This document shows, one piece after another, positions 59,671 to 64,000 of a DNA stretch of 64,000 nucleotides. Position numbers and translations under genes: made by a program. The stretch comes from Trueperaceae bacterium (GTDB taxonomy: Bacteria > Deinococcota > Deinococci > Deinococcales > Trueperaceae), in contig CBDCDZ010000004.1 in NCBI GenBank assembly GCA_965215565.1, forward strand, positions 672,001 through 736,000, read 5' to 3'. The stretch's first letter is position 1, and each line of letters begins with the position of its first letter. A model generated the notes under the pieces. The model was given only the letters and a program-made list of their open reading frames with translations, was not told where the DNA came from and did not search any database.

Positions 59671-60795
59671 ATGGCCTTAAAAGCCCCTTCCCTGACTGTC
59701 GGCATCGAAGAGGAGTACCAGATCGTCGACCCGGAAACGCGCGAGCTTAAAAGTTACATCACGCAGTTTTTAGAGGGTGACCACAGCGTCTTGCGCGAGC
59801 TGGAGATTCAGCCCGAGCTGCACCAGAGCATGGTGGAAATCGGCACCTCGGTCTGCGACAACGTGCAAGACGCGCGTGACGAACTCATCGACTTGCGCTG
59901 CAAGGTGAGCGAACTCGCCAGGAGCCGGGGCGCGCGCATCGCGGCGGCGGGCACGCACCCCTTCTCGACGTGGGAGTCGCAAGAGATCACACCCTTCGAA
60001 CGCTACGAAGGGCTTCTAGAAGACATGCAGGTCTTGGCGCGGCAGCTCCTGATCTTTGGGATGCACGTGCACGTCGGTATTGAAGACGAAGGTTTCGCCG
60101 TGGACGCGATGAACACGCTGCGCTACTTCACGCCGCACGTCTTAGCACTCTCCACCTCGTCGCCCTTCTGGGAGGGACGCAACACCGGGCTTCACAGCTA
60201 CCGCAGCGCGATCTTCAAGCATTTCCCGCGCACGGGCTTGCCGATTGAATTCAACTCGAGAGCCGAATACGACGACTTCATCAACGTCTTGGTGCAAACC
60301 AACTGCATCCCCGACGGCTCGAAAATCTACTGGGATTTGCGCCCGCACCACAAGTACTCGACCTTGGAGTTTCGCATCTGCGACCTCTGCACGCACGTGG
60401 ACGACGCGATCTGCTGCGCGTCGCTCTTTCAAGCTCTGGTTTTGAAGCACTACAAAATGCGCACGGACAACGTCACCTTCCGCAAATATCCCTTGCACCT
60501 CATCGAAGAGAACAAGTGGCGGGCGGTGCGCTACGGGATTCAGGGCAAACTCGTCGACTTCGGCAAGCGCCAAGAGGTCTCCACCAAGGATTTGCTCCAC
60601 GAACTCGTCGACTTTGTCGACGACGTCTTAGACGAACTCGGCACACGCAAAGAGGTCGAGCACGTCTTTACGATTTTGGAGCGCGGCTCTTCAGCAGATC
60701 AACAGCTCGAGATTTTCGAGGACACGGGCGACCCGAAAAAGGTCGTGGACTGGCTTATCGAAGAAACCTTGAAGGGATGTGAGCTGCCGGATTGA
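59671..60795 (+). CDS. ybdK: Carboxylate-amine ligase (glutamate-cysteine ligase 2 family)
   Basis: GIEEEYQ, GMHVHVG, YWDLRP, LEFRICD, ENKWRA.RYG motifs. Confidence 0.9.
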   Translation: MALKAPSLTVGIEEEYQIVDPETRELKSYITQFLEGDHSVLRELEIQPELHQSMVEIGTSVCDNVQDARDELIDLRCKVSELARSRGARIAAAGTHPFSTWESQEITPFERYEGLLEDMQVLARQLLIFGMHVHVGIEDEGFAVDAMNTLRYFTPHVLALSTSSPFWEGRNTGLHSYRSAIFKHFPRTGLPIEFNSRAEYDDFINVLVQTNCIPDGSKIYWDLRPHHKYSTLEFRICDLCTHVDDAICCASLFQALVLKHYKMRTDNVTFRKYPLHLIEENKWRAVRYGIQGKLVDFGKRQEVSTKDLLHELVDFVDDVLDELGTRKEVEHVFTILERGSSADQQLEIFEDTGDPKKVVDWLIEETLKGCELPD

Positions 60796-60803
60796 GCCGG
60801 GAG

Positions 60804-61373
60804 CTAAGCGTCGCTCGGGGGCTGTCGCCAGTTTACAGCCTCCGCCCACTCGAGCCCGCCCGCCATCATCACGTCGAAGACGGGGTCTTTGATGTCGTAG
60901 TAGGCATTTACGTCATTCGGGAAATATCTGGCTAGCTGACGTTTGACTTCCGCATAGGCGTTCGCTGCCATAGGACGGGTGCGCAGATATTCACGGCAGA
61001 TGAGGGCGTAGCGCTGGTTGAACCGACCTTGAATCCGGACGTGAACGTGCGAGCGAGGCGCGTCACTTGAGAAGTAGCGTTTCTCGAGCTGCTCCGGCGT
61101 TAAGTCCAAACCCGGCGGACAGTGATCATGGTCGATGGTCCGGAACGTCAACCCCAAGTCCTCGAACGCTTCACGAAAAGGCAAGCTCAAGTCCGCAACT
61201 GTAACCTGAATATCGGTGACGTCTTTAGCAGCCAGACCCGGCACACTCGTCGAGCCGATGTGATGAATCGCCAGAGCGTCCGCCCCTGCCGCTTCACGCA
61301 AGGTTTTACCAAAGGTCGTGAACCTCTGCGGCCAGCTCTCTCTATACGGCACGATTTGAATCACGAGAGTCAC
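60804..61373 (-). CDS. GrpB/UPF0157 family protein
   Basis: HIGSTSVPGLAAK..DI, HVHV, Y..K motifs. Confidence 0.88.
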   Translation of the reverse strand: MTLVIQIVPYRESWPQRFTTFGKTLREAAGADALAIHHIGSTSVPGLAAKDVTDIQVTVADLSLPFREAFEDLGLTFRTIDHDHCPPGLDLTPEQLEKRYFSSDAPRSHVHVRIQGRFNQRYALICREYLRTRPMAANAYAEVKRQLARYFPNDVNAYYDIKDPVFDVMMAGGLEWAEAVNWRQPPSDA

Positions 61374-61384
61374 TCTATCGTAGT

Positions 61385-62278
61385 TTGAGCGGTTGTACCA
61401 TCACCTCTTTTGATGTGAAGCTGAGCGGTGTGGACGAGTTCAATTGGCTCAGCACTGAAATCAACGGGCGTTCTGTCAGCTACGTGCGCACGGGACGAGG
61501 TCGACCTCTCGTCCTCTTACACGGCTTCACGCTCGGGCATAGCACGCTAACCTATGGTCCCAGCATCGAACCTCTTTCTAAACATTTCGAGGTGATCGCG
61601 CCGGACTTGCCGGGGTACGGCTCGAGCGCGCCTTTCCCCCAGCCCTTTAGCACAGAGAATTACATCGACTTTTTGGAGGGCTTCTTAGACGCTCTCAGCG
61701 TAGAAAAAACCTATCTGGTCGGCTTTTCGAAGGGTGGCGGCATCGCGCTCGGCTTCGCCTTGCAGCATCCTGGGCGCGTCTCTAAGCTCGCGCTGGTCAG
61801 CTCATACGCGCTCAGTGGCGCGGTGCAGATACCCTTTCTTCCCTACCTTGCCCTGCGCACGCCCGGTCTCGCTGAAGTCGCGTGGCGCAGCTTGCGCGGC
61901 GTTAAGGGGCTCCTACCTCTCTACCTAAAAAATCTCGTCTTCGGCGACGCGGACAACGTGACGGACGAGATCATCGCCGAGATACGCGAACCTCTCAATG
62001 AAGCGGGCAGCGAACGCGCCTTTATGACCTGGCTGCGCGGCGAGATGGGACCCTTGCGCCTCAAGACGAGCTACGCCGATAGACTCACCGAGTTGCGCGC
62101 GCCGACCCTCCTACTCCACGGCACCAAAGACCTCGTCGTACCCGCGAGACGCGCGAAGCGCGCCGCGAACCTCATCCCAAATGTCGAACTAGAACTCCTG
62201 CGCGGCTGTGGTCACTGGGTGCCGCGCGAAGTGCCGGAGCGTTTTGTGGAGGCGCTCTACACCTTTTTAGAGCGCTGA
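61385..62278 (+). CDS. Alpha/beta hydrolase
   Basis: LLHG, PDLPGYG, GFSKGG, CGHW motifs; true start may be GTG at 61430. Confidence 0.9.
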   Translation: MSGCTITSFDVKLSGVDEFNWLSTEINGRSVSYVRTGRGRPLVLLHGFTLGHSTLTYGPSIEPLSKHFEVIAPDLPGYGSSAPFPQPFSTENYIDFLEGFLDALSVEKTYLVGFSKGGGIALGFALQHPGRVSKLALVSSYALSGAVQIPFLPYLALRTPGLAEVAWRSLRGVKGLLPLYLKNLVFGDADNVTDEIIAEIREPLNEAGSERAFMTWLRGEMGPLRLKTSYADRLTELRAPTLLLHGTKDLVVPARRAKRAANLIPNVELELLRGCGHWVPREVPERFVEALYTFLER

Positions 62279-62388
62279 GCCCTCTCAATCCGACTCACGC
62301 CACCTCATAATCTCATACACTAAGGTTATGCGTCGCCAACATCTGAAACGAACTCCGCCAGGTCTCATTTCTCAATATCTACATCAAA

Positions 62389-62565
62389 TAGCAGTTCCAC
62401 AACAAATTGAGACGAAATGCCGCTTTCTGAAAGCTGCTGCAAGCAGACGGAAGTTTTGGCAACGCCAAAGGCATCATCACCGAACGCGCGTGCTAGTTAC
62501 GCAGTTTTCTGTAGGAAACATCGCTTTACATACTAAGAGTGTCTCAAACCAGATGATACCTGCTA
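62389..62565 (+). mobile_element. MITE A copy (empty target)
   Basis: TAGCAGTTCC...CCAGATGATACCTGCTA with AAA on both flanks. Confidence 0.85.
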
Positions 62566-62606
62566 AAACTATGTATCATTTACAGAGAGCGTTTCAAACT
62601 AGATGA

Positions 62607-62739
62607 TACGGATTCCGTTTAATTCCCTATCACCGAGAAAGGCGTTCGATGATAGTTCATACACTCCATCCGTATCTTTGTTCCCACTCGCATCCGCTCG
62701 GATTGATTCGCTATGTTAGCGAATCAATCGGAGTTGGTA
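62607..62739. mobile_element. MITE B (133 bp) inserted in a partial MITE A end
   Basis: TACGGATTCCG...CGGAGTTGGTA with TGA duplicated (62604-06, 62740-42). Confidence 0.8.
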
Positions 62740-62752
62740 TGATACCTACTCC

Positions 62753-63199
62753 ATGATCTGGCAGTATCAAACACGTATCAGCACGCAACTCTTCGGTTGG
62801 AGCGCGCTAAGCGTCTTCGGCGGTCTAGGAATGTTGCTCCTTCTCAGTGACCCTTTCTTGCAGGGCGTCGGCTTGCAGGGCGTGGTTTGGGGCGTCATCG
62901 ACGCGGGCATCGCCTTTTTTAGTCAACTTGGAATGCGCCGCAAGCTCGCTGACATGGACGCGCCGAACAGCGCGGGCGTACAGCGCGAAGAGGCGCGGCG
63001 GCTGCGGCGCTTGCTCTACATCAACGCAGGGCTAGACGTGCTCTACGTCGTTGTAGGCGTCGGCATCATCTTGACCTTCGGCACGGAGAGCGCCTTCGCG
63101 AGAGGGAACGGCGTCGGCGTCGTTATCCAGGGGACGTTTTTGCTCCTCTTTGACCTCGTTCACGGCGTGCGGACGGGTAGGGTCATCGCGGAGCTTTAG
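62753..63199 (+). CDS. Hypothetical membrane protein
   Basis: WG..D..IA, NAGLDVLY, QG.FLLLFD pattern; 4 TM. Confidence 0.75.
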   Translation: MIWQYQTRISTQLFGWSALSVFGGLGMLLLLSDPFLQGVGLQGVVWGVIDAGIAFFSQLGMRRKLADMDAPNSAGVQREEARRLRRLLYINAGLDVLYVVVGVGIILTFGTESAFARGNGVGVVIQGTFLLLFDLVHGVRTGRVIAEL

Positions 63200-63219
63200 G
63201 TGGAGCGTGGAAGGCTCGG

Positions 63220-63870
63220 CTAACCCATCAAATGGTGTAAGAGGTTCACGACCTCTTCTGCACCTACCTTCTCTTCCGCCAGTATTCGAAGTCGCCCTGT
63301 CTGGTAGAGCCTCTCCCCTACCTCGGTAGCCTTGGGAAGCTCACAGCGGTAGACCTCTATGAACTGCGGGTTGCCCTTGGGCGTGTTTCTGCGCAGATGT
63401 GATTCTATCTGCAGCGCGATCAGTACGCGCTCGAGGTCCGCCGACTGAGGCGGAACACCCCTTATCTTCTTCTCCCTCAGATACGGCACCTGCTCCGTCA
63501 TCGCGCTGCAGCCCGCCCAGGGATCACGCGAGGCGAAGTGAAAAGTGCGTACGCCCGCCATACGAATTGCACCCATGCACAGCGGGCACGGCTCGGTGGA
63601 GGTGTAGAGAACGCTGGTATACGGATTGTGCTGCGCGTAGTCGAAGCTCACGAGCGCGTTCATCTCGGCGTGGGCGAGCGGGTGTCCGGCTAACTGGGGT
63701 GGTGAGGGCGGTTCGTGGATGCGGTTGCGTCCGCTCGAGACTATTCGCCCCTCCTCATTCACGACAATCGAGGCGATAGGCAGCGAGCCCGCGCAGTACG
63801 CCTCCCAAGCGAGTTCGGCGCAGACGCGCCAGGGCTTGGAGAGTGAATTCCAAAAATCTACGGTGCTCAC
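63220..63870 (-). CDS. Zn-dependent nucleoside deaminase (TadA-like)
   Basis: HAE and EPCPLC motifs. Confidence 0.9.
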   Translation of the reverse strand: MSTVDFWNSLSKPWRVCAELAWEAYCAGSLPIASIVVNEEGRIVSSGRNRIHEPPSPPQLAGHPLAHAEMNALVSFDYAQHNPYTSVLYTSTEPCPLCMGAIRMAGVRTFHFASRDPWAGCSAMTEQVPYLREKKIRGVPPQSADLERVLIALQIESHLRRNTPKGNPQFIEVYRCELPKATEVGERLYQTGRLRILAEEKVGAEEVVNLLHHLMG

Positions 63871-64000
63871 AGCACTTGCCCATGCTTTACAACGAGGTCA
63901 TCCAACGCTTCACGCAGCAAGCTCGCCTCGGTGCGGTTCAAGGCGTCGGAGAGCTTGGAGAGCCGCTCTAAGCTCGCTTTGGAGTAGTAGTTGCTCTTCA
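63867..64000 (-). CDS. Ribbon-helix-helix protein, 5'-truncated by the window edge
   Basis: Hand translation KSNYYSKASLERLSKLSDALNRTEASLLREALDDLVVKHGQVL*; stop overlaps the deaminase GTG. Confidence 0.7.
   Translation of the reverse strand, partial: KSNYYSKASLERLSKLSDALNRTEASLLREALDDLVVKHGQVL

Noticed and set aside
9545..62565. MITE A or heptamer repeats as a CRISPR array
   Set aside because: Copies are dispersed and variable in length, with no regular repeat-spacer period and no cas genes

Overview
A ~58% GC bacterial chromosome segment, most likely Deinococcota (Truepera-like). That assignment is inferred from an mglAB pair, Deinococcus-type small repeats and many leaderless genes with a TANNNT box 5-7 nt before the start codon. 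Housekeeping content: fba, glgX, aconitase, rlmN, M29 aminopeptidase, NhaP, ArsR-CzcD, TRAP dctQM, two CNNM paralogues, ybdK, and a polyamine/GABA uptake and catabolism cluster. The main result is a complete 1.1-kb IS110 element (9664-10791) whose bridge RNA can be read directly from the sequence: target and donor guides, handshake bases, a TC core and a promoter formed at the circle junction. It is programmed against the end of a resident MITE family with about 10 copies in this window. Two orphan IS110/MITE half-junctions in reciprocal inverted geometry bracket an 8.5-kb segment. Other notable items: an SphI-like R-M system preceded by a HARE-HTH gene whose promoter carries two tandem GCATGC sites; a cohesin-dockerin surface operon; a VbhA-Fic toxin-antitoxin pair; Mrr-like and HEPN-like low-GC genes; a second 133-bp MITE family; and apparent over-representation of CTCGAG. 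No tRNA, rRNA or CRISPR array was seen. All calls are by eye, with no database searches run.
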